Source: Camelus ferus
Lineage: Eukaryota
NCBI RefSeq assembly: GCF_009834535.1
Contig: NC_045732.1
Coordinates: forward strand, 22,506,001 to 22,570,000
DNA: 64,000 nt
Reading direction: 5' to 3'
Shown: positions 25,161 through 37,148 of the stretch, piece by piece
Numbering within the stretch: position 1 is the first letter of the stretch
Layout: the number at the start of each line of letters is the position of its first letter
Position numbers and translations under genes: made by a program
The notes under the pieces: model-generated
Told to the model about the DNA's origin: nothing
The model's input: the letters and a program-made list of their open reading frames with translations, nothing else
Databases searched by the model: none

Positions 25161-25191
25161 TTACAAAGTTCTGTTAGTCTTGATTTTGTCC
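25161..25191 (-). CDS. PDK3: PDK3 alternative terminal exon 12 (long isoform, ...QDKIKTNRTL*)
   Basis: Acceptor gttattttctttgtag|G GAC AAA ATC AAG ACT AAC AGA ACT TTG TAA; matches the recalled human 415-aa end QDKIKTNRTF; phase fits the CA|GTAATT donor in exon 11. Confidence 0.85.
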
Positions 25192-25409
25192 CTACAAAGA
25201 AAATAACGGAAATATCCAGAGTGAGTTTATGAGGACAACCTTCTCTATTTTAACCGAGACTTACTCAGAGCATTTAGTTACAATGATAATTCAAAATCCC
25301 ATGTCTTATCTCAGAATCATTCTCTAGGGTTACTACAGGAAAAGAATGACCATTTAATGACTTAGATCTACTTTAAAACAGTTTTTTACTCTCAGTTAAA
25401 AACCTGATT

Positions 25410-25592
25410 AGAAATGAGGAATCACTGCTAACGGGTATGGGGTTTCTCTTTGGGATGGTGAATAGGTTCTAAAATTAGACACTGGCGAGGGTCACACAAC
25501 TCTGTGAATATACTAAAAACCACTGAATTGTACACTTTAAAGGGGTGGATTTTATGGTATGTGATTATATCTCAATAAAGCTGTTGTTAAAA
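25410..25592 (+). mobile_element. L1MB-like 3' end
   Basis: ctgctaacgggtatggggtttctctttggg...aaaaaccactgaattgtacactttaaa...tatctcaataaagctg. Confidence 0.85.
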
Positions 25593-26079
25593 ATCTGCTT
25601 AGAAAATAAATTTTAGAATTTCTCATTCACTCAGTGAATGTACCATACCTACTAAATACTTTCTCAAGGTTGCCACCAATTATCCTCTTTGTATGATTTA
25701 ACAACTTTAAGCATCAGGCTAACCATTTTAGAGTCTTGGAAACTGCTTTCTGCTTAAATTTGTTTGTCTAATAAGAAATTAGAAATGAAGACTCATACTT
25801 AATTAGCATTAACAACCTGCTAAACTATTTGAAGGTTTTAAATAGCCTTTAAAACAATATTCAATTAAAGCCATCTTTCTACAATCCAAATGGATCTTAA
25901 TATTTATAAAGACTGCTTCTGTACGACCCAAATAACTACCCCTACCGGACCAATGGCTAGAATTCATTGATCACACTGATGCCCAGCATGCTACCTGACT
26001 TACATACAGACTGAAAATGGAATCAGAGGAAACTGATCCAGGTGTTTCAAGTTGATTTAGCTTAATCTTGGCTGGGGAT

Positions 26080-26120
26080 GGTGTGTGTGTGTATGTGTGT
26101 ATATGTACCTGTGTGTACAC
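26080..26120. repeat. Imperfect (TG)n microsatellite
   Basis: gtgtgtgtgtgtatgtgtgtatatgtacctgtgtgtacac. Confidence 0.7.
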
Positions 26121-26399
26121 TCACACTCATATGCACAAACCAAACTTTAAACTTCATCATCAGAGGTGAGTGACCAGTCCAGCAATATTGTACAGAGGTC
26201 CATCACAACACTTCTACAGAAAAAAATAAACATCAGTGTAGATACCTTTTACATCATTCATCAGAAAAGACCAATGCTACTATCATGGTACCAAATCACA
26301 AAGCTATAGAAACTATTTGCATACAAATACCTTTCTGTTACACTATCTTATAAATCAAGGTTTTCAGGGTAAGAGGAAATGTATACAATTAAAATATAT

Positions 26400-28030
26400 T
26401 AGGGAGATACACTGCAGTGTTAAAACAGAATAAAAATATCAATACGAACTTATGATTAAAAACACATATCTTTGTAGGTCTGTCCAGAAAAAGGGGCTAG
26501 AAAAGGTGTAATGTACAGCCCCAACTCCCAGATTAGGGTCTCTAATATCTACTAGAAGGAAATGGGAGTCCTTCAGGATCATGGCTTATTGTAGGGAAAG
26601 TGTAAGACAAGCCTAGGACATCATCTTGGGCCAGAAAGCAAGGAAGCTTTCAACGAGGAACGGGGCTTTCTCAATGGAACACAGAGGATCTGGCTTGAAT
26701 TCTCTTCCATTGGCCAAATATGTGCCAATTTTCGCATCAAAAAGATGGCCACTACATGCAGTGACATGGCTGAACCTCACAGAAAGCCAGACACTAGAAG
26801 AGCACACACTATGTGTTCCTTTTAAGTTCAAGAAGTGAGAATCAGATACAGCAAAAGCAGATAGAGTTGGAATAAGGGTTATATGGTGGGGAGGGAAGGA
26901 GAAGAGTTTGACTAGAAAGCAGCCTTTCTGGGTGCTGGAAATACAGATGTGAAAATTCATCAAGCTGTAAACTCAAGATCTGTGCATTTTATATATATAC
27001 ATACATATTGAGTACTGGCTGAAACATATCAAAGCAATAAAGATCTATAATGTTCATAATAATACTTAAAAACAAGAAAGCCAGAAGCTCATTTGTCACC
27101 ATTTATGGTGCTTTTTAACTCAACTTCTTACCTTGAAAATTAATAAGTCAAGGGAAAGATTTAAATGCTTGCCCTGCCTTACCAGGAGGAACTGTACTTC
27201 AAAAGGTACCTAAATGGCCTTAGCTGATGAAGAACTTCAGAGCAGAATGTCAGCTAATAACTGTCAAAGGAATGATACTTAAAAAAACCCTCTTCATTAT
27301 ATAAATGTTCATAAAATTATTGATTCAGGTCAAATTTATCAACTGGTGCTAAAAATCATTAGGTGGTGGTTGCCTGGCGGCAAAATAACACTACACAGAT
27401 TACTTGTTAGTTGAGAAGGGAAAATTAACTATACTAAGATAGCCATCATCTGACTTATGGTCAGTCTTACCATTACTAACGGTGGATCAACCAGATATCA
27501 TGGGTCTTATAGTGTAATTCTGCAATAGTATTTATAAAACATTCTAGCAAAAATTGCTCCTTTGAGCCTTTAGATGAACTTCCAGTTTATAGGAGACACA
27601 GGGAAAGGGGGACAAATTAAATGACATGTCGAGGAAGAAATCAAACAAATCAAAGTGGGACATTTTTGCAGGACAACTGGCATGGTTTCAAAAAATTGTT
27701 CTAGACTAAAAATAGCTTGAGACCTACTCAGATGTGTTATGTGGTCCTGGAATTGATTTCCCATTTGGACAAATCAGGGGAATTTTCATGATGCAAATTT
27801 ATTGACACGGAAAGGTGGGGATGGTTAAGTGAAATAAAAGCAGGTTGTACAACAGTATGAAAAGTATGATTGTATTTGGGGAAAAATACATGTACGTATG
27901 TTCAAATTGCAAAATATCTGGAAGAACACAAAGCTCTAAGAATGGTCATTTCTGGGTTGTGGGAATATAGGAGTTTCTCTTTTCTTTTTTTCCTTATTTA
28001 CATTTTCTAATATTTCACAATATACATATA
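26400..28030 (+). mobile_element. Mosaic of old L1 (L1MC/L1ME) 3' UTR fragments
   Basis: gggccagaaagcaaggaagct, gtggatcaaccagatatcatg, tgggacatttttgcaggacaactgg, aatggtcatttctgggttgtgggaat. Confidence 0.65.
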
Positions 28031-28210
28031 CTGCTTTTCTATTACTAAAAAGTTACTTTAAATTAAACAAATAAACAGAATCCTTACTGTTGCTAGTAGA
28101 ATTGGACCTTAAGGGTAGTCAGAAGAAAAAAAAATTGGAAACTAAAGATTGGATTATTGTCCTTATTACCATAAAGTAGTGAAACTTGTTATTCTGTGAT
28201 TGATAATTTT

Positions 28211-28640
28211 CCTCTTTTTCATTTTTTCACTGTGGTAAAGTTTACATAAAATTTACTATCTGGTTAAGATGGTAAAAAAAAAAGGTTTCTTAAAGTGTAC
28301 AATTCAGTGGCACTAAGTACATTCACAGTGTTGTGCAACCATCACCACCGTCCGTCTCCGGAACTTTTTCATCTTTCTCAACTGCAACTCTAACTTTCTC
28401 CACTAAACACTAAGTTCCCTTTCCCCCTGCTCTCTGCCCCTGGCAAACACCATTGTTCTTTCTGTCTCCAGGTACCTTGCATAAATGGAATCATACAGTA
28501 TTTGTCCTTCGGGGGTCTGGCTTATTTCACTAAGCATAATGACTTCAAGGTTTATCCACATTGTAGTATGTGCCAGAACTTTATTCCCTCTAAAGGCTGA
28601 ATAATTTTCCGCTATATGGATAAACCACATTTGTTTATCT
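28211..28640 (-). mobile_element. 5'-truncated L1MB-like element with a perfect 14-bp TSD
   Basis: aagtgtacaattcagtggcactaagtacattcacagtgttgtgcaacc, aaatggaatcatacagtatttg; flanked by tgattgataatttt at 28197-28210 and 28641-28654. Confidence 0.9.
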
Positions 28641-28660
28641 TGATTGATAATTTTAACTTC

Positions 28661-28666
28661 TTTATT
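28661..28666 (-). terminator. Candidate polyA signal for the PDK3 short isoform
   Basis: AATAAA on - about 380 nt after the exon-11 stop. Confidence 0.4.
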
Positions 28667-29044
28667 TTTCCAGTTTCAACCCGCACCTACAGACTTTCTC
28701 TAAACACTCTTCTGTCAATCTCTACGGATGATGACAAATTACAGATGTAGTTACTTTTTAAATAAGATTCATGGCAGAATAAACCCTGCTTACTGCTATT
28801 AATACCTCCATGGGGCAAGGACTCCTGGAGCATCAGGGCCTCTATTGGAACTGCTACTCTGGCTACCCAATTCTTGCCATCCTTCCTGTCTGGGGTGTAA
28901 AGCTACTCCGATCTTTCTTTCTTTAGGGATTGCTTTGCTTTTCCAGGGACAAAACCACAAAGATTTGGCTCAAATTATCAATTGTCTGGATTGTACACTC
29001 TGGACAAAAATCAGATCCTTCCTAACAGAAAGAAAAGCGGTAAA

Positions 29045-29188
29045 TTACTGCTTCGCCTTGTATTTGGAGGCATCCCTGGGTTCACTGCTGGGATTGCTCC
29101 AATCGTCGGCTTCAGGTGTGGTCTTGTAATGGCGCCATGCTGACTTATTAAAAACTGGAAGTCTCTCAAATGATTCACTTGAAAGAGC
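29045..29188 (-). CDS. PDK3: PDK3 exon 11 (C-terminal tail with DW motif; stop of the 406-aa form)
   Basis: 144 nt after an AG acceptor; ALSSESFERLPVFNKSAWRHYKTTPEADDWSNPSSEPRDASKYKAKQ*. Confidence 0.97.
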   Translation of the reverse strand, partial: ALSSESFERLPVFNKSAWRHYKTTPEADDWSNPSSEPRDASKYKAKQ

Positions 29189-29659
29189 CTAAGGGAAAAA
29201 CAGAAATATACACCAAAGGTCCACAGTGTCATTTTTCTCACGTGAAGTATGAACCCAACTTTTACTATTTAAAGCTCTAGACACCTTGATACATATTTTT
29301 GGAGTTATAGTAAAATCACATTTGAGTAGTTTACTTAGACTGGTCAGGGTGAAATTGAAGCTTTTTTTTTTAAAGGAATAAAAACATTCACTCATGAAAA
29401 CCCAGTACTGATGTACACATGACCAGACAAAAAGTATTTTAGTTCAGTTAATACTGATGTGAGATACTCAGCTGTCTTGACTGTATGGTCTTAGAGCAAA
29501 CAGTATTGTCCACTGGGCAACTACACCCCCAGAGGGCCCTGAAGAAATAGTTTCATACACAGTGGATTTATTAATATAACCTCATAACGTGATATCAAAT
29601 AGCACATCATTCATAGGCACTGGCATCTAAGATAAACACTCAAAACAACTGGCTATCTT

Positions 29660-29980
29660 TATAACATATGACACACTCTGTAGCTGTTAAATAGGGTGGA
29701 ACTGTTCTATATGAACAGATATGGAAAGACTTCCAAGATCTATTGGAAAGTGTTTTTTTTTTAAAAAGCAAAGTCCCAAAATAATCACTTGTGTGAAAAA
29801 ATAATAGATTCCCCCTTATATGTTGATCAATGCAGAATCAACTCCTAAGAGGATCCACATGAAACTGGTACCCACGGTCACCTCTGGAAAAGAGAATCAG
29901 GTGGTTTGGGGCCAGTAATGGAGAGACTTCGTTTTCCCTTTTGTAGATTATACATTTTGTATTATGTGCCTATAGCACAT
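29660..29980 (+). mobile_element. L1ME-like 3' fragment
   Basis: atatgaacagatatggaaagacttccaagatctattgg...aaagcaaagt; gtcacctctggaaaagagaa. Confidence 0.55.
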
Positions 29981-30459
29981 ATTCAAAAAATACTCCAAAT
30001 ATTCTAGAGTTTACAAGTAAATAAAAGTCTGATACCACCAATGAATGAGAAAACTTGTGTTAGAGAACTCTGTTATCTCATCAACCTTTTAGGTAACCAT
30101 ATTATAATCACTGAATTCTTCTAACTTTGGGAAAGCCAACAAGTTGCCAAAGACTAAAAGACTTCAGTTTATGAAAACCAATCTCTTTTTAGAGTAGTCC
30201 TTTCAATGGATATGCAACTTTTAAAAAATCACAACTCAGAATTACAGTTTTAAAAATCAATATTTATGTTTTTACATCTCCATGTTTCCTATTTCACTAT
30301 ATCTGAGGATAAAATCAAAGGTAGGAGATAACTTGGTTTTCACATAAAACTGAAGCAAATCTGAGCTGAATATAAGAGATGATACTCTCCGTTAGTTATC
30401 AGAACGTACAGCTTTAAAAAGTAAAGACGCCTTCATATAATAGAAATAAAATGCAGTAC

Positions 30460-30573
30460 CTTCAAATAAATGACAGCGTCAGTGCCCACTCCTTCCATGG
30501 AATAGAGTTTTAGATCTCCTTGAAAATATCTAGCATACAGACGAGAAATTGGCAAACCATAACCAAATCCAGC
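30460..30573 (-). CDS. PDK3: PDK3 exon 10 (G2 box / ATP lid)
   Basis: 114 nt with AG/GT ends; [38 protein letters not shown]. Confidence 0.97.
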
Positions 30574-31324
30574 CTATCGAGAAAAAACAATAGTCAGACA
30601 GGCACAAAATGCTAACACGTTTAGCCTGAGGACTACCCCGAAGATTAAAATAAATTCTTGATCCACACTTAAAGCAAATAAATTATTGATCCAACCTTTA
30701 CAGTATTTGCTCATCTATGGCAAACAATCTATTTTCACCCTGCAAAAGTACTTCTCATATGTTTGTTTGGAAATAATAGAAATATTCCAATTTTTGACTA
30801 ATGCTTTCTGAGCATTTTAAAACAAATTTTTAGCCTTGTTAAAGCAAGTCCCAAATCAAGTGGGACTGAATTGAAAACCAAACTAAACCAGATCATTCCA
30901 AAGTTCCATTATCTGTTTCCCTTGCTCTTTAAAGTGCAAATTAAATTGAGTAGCACAGGAGTTCAAACCTACCAGTGCCAAGGCTAACACAATGAAAAGA
31001 AAGCAATCTCCTAAGGGCTACTTCCTGAGACTCTGGGAATGCTTCAGTGTTGTGACGTATGGCAGCCTGCACATTTTTACAATGTGCAAGAAAACAAGCC
31101 CAGTATCCTCTCGGATCTCCAGGTCATAGAACCCTGACTGGCAGTAACAGGTTGTCAGGTGGTAGGAAGGTCTCTGGTATTGACGAAAGCAATAAGAACA
31201 AGTGAGGCTGGTTTCAGTACCTCTAGGTGGAGGGGAAGGGGCTGTTTTGTAAGCTTTGGCCCTTCTGATTAAGTCCACAGACAGGCTACCGAAGGAGGTG
31301 GGGAAACACACGTGCAGCAGCGGA

Positions 31325-31530
31325 TGCGTGGGTTTTAGGCTCAGACAGACCTAAGGCAAAATCCACTTTTTGTGCCACCATGAGCAGTTTGCTCAATGTC
31401 TCTGACGCTGTTTTCTCAACTGAAAGTGTAATAAGAAGCTTATCTCAGAGCTGCTCTTAGAATTAAATGATTTAAGAAGTGGAAAGTCTTGGCACAGTGC
31501 CTAAGACACAGCAAAAGTACATAAATGGAA
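31325..31530 (+). mobile_element. MIR SINE
   Basis: gttttaggctcagacagacct...agaattaaatga...cttggcacagtgcctaagacacagcaaaagtacataaatg. Confidence 0.7.
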
Positions 31531-33414
31531 GCTGCAGTTCTGGCTACCGCAGAGCAGCGATTTTACCAAGTTCCATGGCTTTTGACCATTTTGTAACATC
31601 TTTCCTGGACACCTTCCTCGGGGTGGGGCTTAACTCAAAGGGCTGGGTGTGACAGAGCACCATTACTGAAGGGCTGTGGGCCTGGCAGAATACAGCCAGT
31701 AGTGAAGACGACATAGACACAGCGGGGACTGCGGTCACCACAGCAAAGGACCCAGCGTACTCCAGGAAGGGGCCAAGGAAACCTGCCTCCTCCATTCCAG
31801 CAAGGCCCCAAGCCTGCCCTCGGGTCTCTCAGGGAACAGCCGAGAACTCCTGAGCCCAATATGAGTGTGAGGAGACAGGCAAGCCCAGAGGCCCGTGGGA
31901 AGCAAAGGCGGGGCCTCCACCTTGGGTTTGGTCAGGTTCAGGCAAGTCTTCCCAGAGTGTCAAAGGATCAATAGGAGATGGCTAGGGGGACATTTCTGAA
32001 AAAGAAATGTGTGTGTCACGGCACAGAGCTGTAACACAGTAAGGTGTTTGATGAGGAAATTGTTTTCCAGGAGTTCATAGCCACACTCCCACTGAAAAGC
32101 TGAGGAGAGCTGACTAACCAGGAGAGATGCTAGTAGGGGCATTTCTTCCAAAGGAGAGCACGCGGTACACTGGACAGAATGCAGATGTAGCCGTGCCAGC
32201 TGTGACGATAATGAGCTCAATGACTCGGGGCAAGGCACTAACCTTACTTCCTCATCTATAAAATGGGAGGTTGGATGCATACTTCTTAAAGGTCTCCTAC
32301 TTCAATCGCTCAGTTTCATTTTAAAAAAACTATGACATAACAGCTGTCCTCAAGATGCTATTTTGAGACCTGAACCAGATGATCCATATTCCTTTTAAAC
32401 CACTGGGGAAGGCTCTATTTTTGCTCGCAGTGGGGGTTTTTTTCCCTTGTGACATTTATTTAAGTAGGTACCAGAAACTGGTCAAGGCAATGCCTTTCAA
32501 AATTGATCTTTCAAGAATTTTCTTGACTCCTATAGAAATGAGTTTCTCTCTGCTTTCAACATGCTGTGTTAACAAACTCTGTCCTGAATAAATGATGCTA
32601 AGTGTTGGATTTTATTCATACAAAGAAAATATAATCTTATGTGATTATCAGTCAGGTAGGACTTGAAAATGAAAACGTAGATCCTGAACCATTTTGCAGA
32701 CTGATAGCTATGTTGCTGTGTTTAATGACAAAGGGTTCAATTGTTGTTTGTCAATTAGAAACACTCAGTGGGGAAAGAAAGTGTGGCCCTACCAGGATCT
32801 AAATGCTGCCATGGTAACCAGAGGCTTTCCTCGCTGCCTTAATAGGGCTGAAGGTTATTTCCACAGTGAGACAGAAAGGGCTCTGGAAATGCAGACCCCA
32901 CCTATAGGTTTCCTGCTTATGTTATTTCATATGAAAAATTTAATGTGTTCATAATTTAACATTTTAATTATATACACAAATTTGGCGGGGGAAGCTCAAA
33001 GGCCCTGGGTGATATGGTGCTCTACGGAATGCAGCGCCCAAGTGCCCAGGGCCAGCTGCAGCCATCCCCGCTGTGCTGCTCCCCGCTCACCTGCTTTCAC
33101 GCTTCCACCCGCTTCGAGGGGAGCGCCGGGCAGTAAATGGCACCCTGGTAGGAGTCTTATCCACAGGGAAATGCTTTTTCTCTGTACTGGGGAGGTAGGC
33201 ACTCACCTCTGACTGTTTCTTAGACACAAATTAAGAAAGAAATCTGCGTCCAAACGATTTATATAGAAAGTAGTAGTGGCATAAAATCCCCCCTCCTTCA
33301 AACCATGCAGAACACATTCAAGTTTAACACGGCTAACGTGCCAACCCAGGGAGACAGCCAGCTCTGTCCCTTCTCCTAATGGTCTTTCCTGAAGCAGCAG
33401 TTTCAGATACTTAC

Positions 33415-33525
33415 CAGAGGGGCAGCTCTTGTGGGCTCCAGGCTAGGTCTTGGAGCAGTTGAATACATGTAGTTAAAAAGACGATCTATTTTTCGTAGCG
33501 GGACCCCACCACCTAGGTCACTTAT
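33415..33525 (-). CDS. PDK3: PDK3 exon 9 (G1 box DxGGG)
   Basis: 111 nt with AG/GTAAGT ends; [37 protein letters not shown]. Confidence 0.97.
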
Positions 33526-33969
33526 CTGTAATGTATAAAATGTTAAAGTAAGAAAAAGGAGAAGGAGAAGGAAAAGAAGGAGAAGTCATCAATCTACACT
33601 TAGAAGGGGGCAAGGAGTTCATTAAATAAATAAAGCACGTACCAGGTTACTCTAAACCATGCAAGGGCTTGAACCCCCAATGTAATACGGTCCCTTAGTG
33701 AACAGTGCAAAACAAAGAAGGCAGTGGAGTGCATTTAGGATCCTACTTAGGATCCAATAGGCTTGGGTTTGAGACCCTTATTCAGCTCCCTAAAAAATGG
33801 GGTTCTAATGAAATTTAAATGAGGTAACTTAAGCCAAAGATCTAATGCAGTACTTACATACGAACAAGACACTCAGGGTCAGTTCTCTTCCCTTCCCTTT
33901 CATTCCTCAATGCTTACACACTATTAAATTAACTGATAACACAAGTATACATACGAATAGAGCAGATAC

Positions 33970-34071
33970 CTTAATGGATAAGTCTTCTTTACCCAGAGTA
34001 ACAAGGGTTTTAACAGATGGGTAGCCCTCTTTCTTATCTTCATACAGTTCGACTGTTGCTCTCATTGAGTT
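33970..34071 (-). CDS. PDK3: PDK3 exon 8
   Basis: 102 nt with AG/GT ends; NSMRATVELYEDKKEGYPSVKTLVTLGKEDLSIK. Confidence 0.97.
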
Positions 34072-35212
34072 CTGAAATCACAAGACCTTTTTTTTTTAGC
34101 ATACCACCAACTCACAAACTACAACTTTAAAAAAAGAAACTAGCACAAGATTACCTCTACTGGACCGTTCTTTTGTGGGGCAACTATGAGTTGGATTTCT
34201 ACGGCACCTCTTCCCCCCTCTAAAGAACTTAACCAAATGTGTGTTCAGATCAAGGAAAAATTTCTTGATGCTTTATTTTGTTTTTCATCTCATTTTAGTT
34301 TCATCTGCCATACTAAATACTCATTTTTCTTTCCTTCTTTTTTTTCTTTTTGTCTTTCCTTTGGGGTATTTAAATGATTCAACTCTTAACCAAGAGGAAT
34401 GTTTTTTATCACATGTAATGGGGCTGCAAAGGCTCACTGATGCGCTTTAAATCCCATTTATCAGTCTGCATTTACGGAGCACCCTTCCTCTAAAGAAGAC
34501 AGAAAACCTGAGAGGATTCATGCTTCCCACAAAAATTAATCATTCGGCTTAAAAAAAAAAAGTAGATGAAATGTCAGGTAAAAAGAAATTCTGAAAAAGC
34601 CACAGCTGCTGAAGAGAAAGTCCACAATTGGATGCCCATTTCAACCTTGAGTGTCACATCAGTAACATGGTAATTTTGGGAAGCAAATCAGCATAACTGA
34701 TTTTTCAGGTGTTCAATTTAGGGTTTTACACATTGGAAGAAATGAAATTTTATCTCCAACTCCTTGTGCCAAAATACTGCCACTTCATGCCATTAGCTAC
34801 TGGCTAATGAAAGCAACAGCTTAAGCTGTAGAGTCTGAAGAGTTTTTTTCTTTTTTCTTTTTTTTGGGGGTAGTCTTTTTGGGTCCAGCCCTTCCCCATC
34901 TTTCCCCTCTGCCTCTGTCAGATATTCTGAATTTTCTGAACTGATTCAAATATGTAAAAGTCCTAGTGTGTCTTTCAGGACTAGAACAAGTGCTAATGGA
35001 CCTACATGGTTAGTGTTCAGAAGCACAGATGCATAAACATGTTTTTATTTTGACCTGGCTACCACCAAGAAAGCCTTTGCCAGGTTTGGAAACTAAAAAG
35101 CATCTCTAATCTCATAGCTGAAGAAAAAACTGTATGGATTTTACAGAAAGTCACTAAAGTACAATTAAGCTTCAAAATCAACATGTACTAATATTCACAA
35201 AAACTATACCGT

Positions 35213-35423
35213 NNNNNNNNNNNNNNNNNNNNNNNNNNNNNNNNNNNNNNNNNNNNNNNNNNNNNNNNNNNNNNNNNNNNNNNNNNNNNNNNNNNNNNNN
35301 NNNNNNNNNNNNNNNNNNNNNNNNNNNNNNNNNNNNNNNNNNNNNNNNNNNNNNNNNNNNNNNNNNNNNNNNNNNNNNNNNNNNNNNNNNNNNNNNNNNN
35401 NNNNNNNNNNNNNNNNNNNNNNN
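35213..35423. other. Assembly gap (211 N) hiding the 3' part of PDK3 exon 7
   Basis: N run. Confidence 1.
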
Positions 35424-35468
35424 GTGAGGGCACATAAACTACCTGAATAGGTTTGTCTGGAGCTTTGG
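35392..35468 (-). CDS. PDK3: PDK3 exon 7 (partial; lower boundary inferred from the human 77-nt length)
   Basis: Acceptor tgtctctgttttcag|; 35424-35468 encode (A)KAPDKPIQVVYVPS(H); the remainder is in the gap. Confidence 0.9.
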
Positions 35469-35619
35469 CTGAAAACAGAGACAAAATCGTCAATGATTAA
35501 GGACCAAAACTAGAAGAAAGTCAAGAATGCTGTTTCAATCCTATTTTCCAAGTACATAAAAAAGAACTCTACAAAAGGCTAGTTTAGGCTTCCATCTCTA
35601 AAGGCAGGGTTGAGCAAAA

Positions 35620-35770
35620 GCATGTGCTGTGAAGTCCAACAAACTTGGGTTGAAATCCAGCTCCTTCACTTACCAGCTATGTGATCTGGGGCAAAGTTCT
35701 CTCTTTGGAACTCAGCTGAGCAAAACTGGAATATCATCACCTTTGTCATGTTCTGAGCATTACATACGTT
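35620..35770 (+). mobile_element. MIR SINE
   Basis: cttgggttgaaatccagctccttcacttaccagctatgtgatctggggcaaag. Confidence 0.75.
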
Positions 35771-36124
35771 CATCCAAATATCGCTTGGTGTTTTTCAAAA
35801 TGGGGTCCCCCCCACTGACCACAATGGTCAGCCAGGGAAATGTGAAGCCACAGAGGAAAGGGGGCACATCTTCTTGGTGAACTGGACTAAACAGCAATGT
35901 TAAATTCTATTAAATTATGAGAAAAAGGCACACTACTGACAGCTAGCAGAACTGCCCCCCCAGAGACCTACAGCCCTTTCTCCTCGCATCAGCAATCTTC
36001 TGAGGAAAATACAAGAAACCTCGAATCCTGAGACCTTTAAGAGACCGAAACTACGGAAACTTTCTCAAGCAAAACACCCATGTTGTAATTTCAACCTTAC
36101 CACTTCCTCTAATAAAGTAATTAA

Positions 36125-36310
36125 CAGTAACATAAAGGAGAGTGAACATTTGTTTGTTTCTTAGCAGTTTACAAAGAGCTTGCACACACATTATCCAATT
36201 GAACCCTCATGATGATACTGGGTGGCTCACAGGGTGGCTGGCTGGGGACACAGGCTTTGCAGAGGCCTGAAACTGGATGCCTGAACCAAGAGCTTTTGAT
36301 TCTAAGTCCT
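36125..36310 (-). mobile_element. MIR SINE
   Basis: gtttacaaagagcttgcacacacattatccaattgaaccctcatga...gaaccaagagcttttgattctaagtcc. Confidence 0.6.
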
Positions 36311-36360
36311 GATCCTTTTGATGATCAGTTGTTTTTAAAGTTATTACGTAATATAAGCAA

Positions 36361-37148
36361 CAGTCTCCCCTTGTCCCTGGTTTAGCTTGCTGCAGTTTCT
36401 GTTACCCATGGTCAAACGAGGTTTGAAAATATTAAATGTTAACTTCTAGAAACAAACAATCCATAAGTTCTGAGTAGTGTGAGGAAATCTCGTGCCTTCT
36501 CGATCCGTCCTGCTCGGGACGTCAATCATCCCTTTGTCCAATAGATCCCTCCCATTACGTAGTAGCCACCTCAGTTAGCAGATCTCTGTTGCAATACAGT
36601 AGTGCTCGTGTTCAAGTAGCGTTTATTTTATAATGGTCCCAAAGCACAAGTAGAGTGATGCTGTGAAGTGTTTCCTTTAATTGAAAGGGTGAAAGTTCTC
36701 TCCTTTATAAGGAACAAAACTGTACGCTGACATTGCTAAGATCTACAGTAAGAATGAATCTTCTATCCCTGAAATTGTGAAGGAGGAAAAAGAAATATGT
36801 GCTAGTTTTGTTGTCACACCTCAAACTGCAAAACTATCACATGGCTACAGCGTGTGATAAGGGCTTAGCTAAGATGGAAAAGGCCATTAAATCTGTACAA
36901 GATATTTTGAGAGACAGAGAGAAACCACATTCACGTAACTTTCATTACAATATATTGCTATAATGATTCTAATTTATTAACAGTTCTTGTTGTTAATCTC
37001 TTTCTGTGCCTAATTTATAAATTAAACTTTATCAGAGGCATGTATGCACAGGAAAAAACAGTATATACAGGGTTTGGTACCATCTGTGGCTTTAAGCATC
37101 CATTGAGGGTCTTGGAACGTATCCTCCATGGAAAAGGGGGGACTAATG
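36361..37148 (+). mobile_element. Tigger7-derived element (MER44C/D-like)
   Basis: Termini cagtctccccttgtcc and aaaagggggactaatg; internal gaaaatattaaatg, gggacgtcaatcatccctttgtcca, gcatccattgagggtcttggaacgtatcc. Confidence 0.85.

Noticed and set aside
31544-31920. Cluster of - strand ORFs in PDK3 intron 9 as a cryptic exon or retrogene
   Set aside because: No recognisable homology, polyA tail, TSD or convincing splice-site pair.
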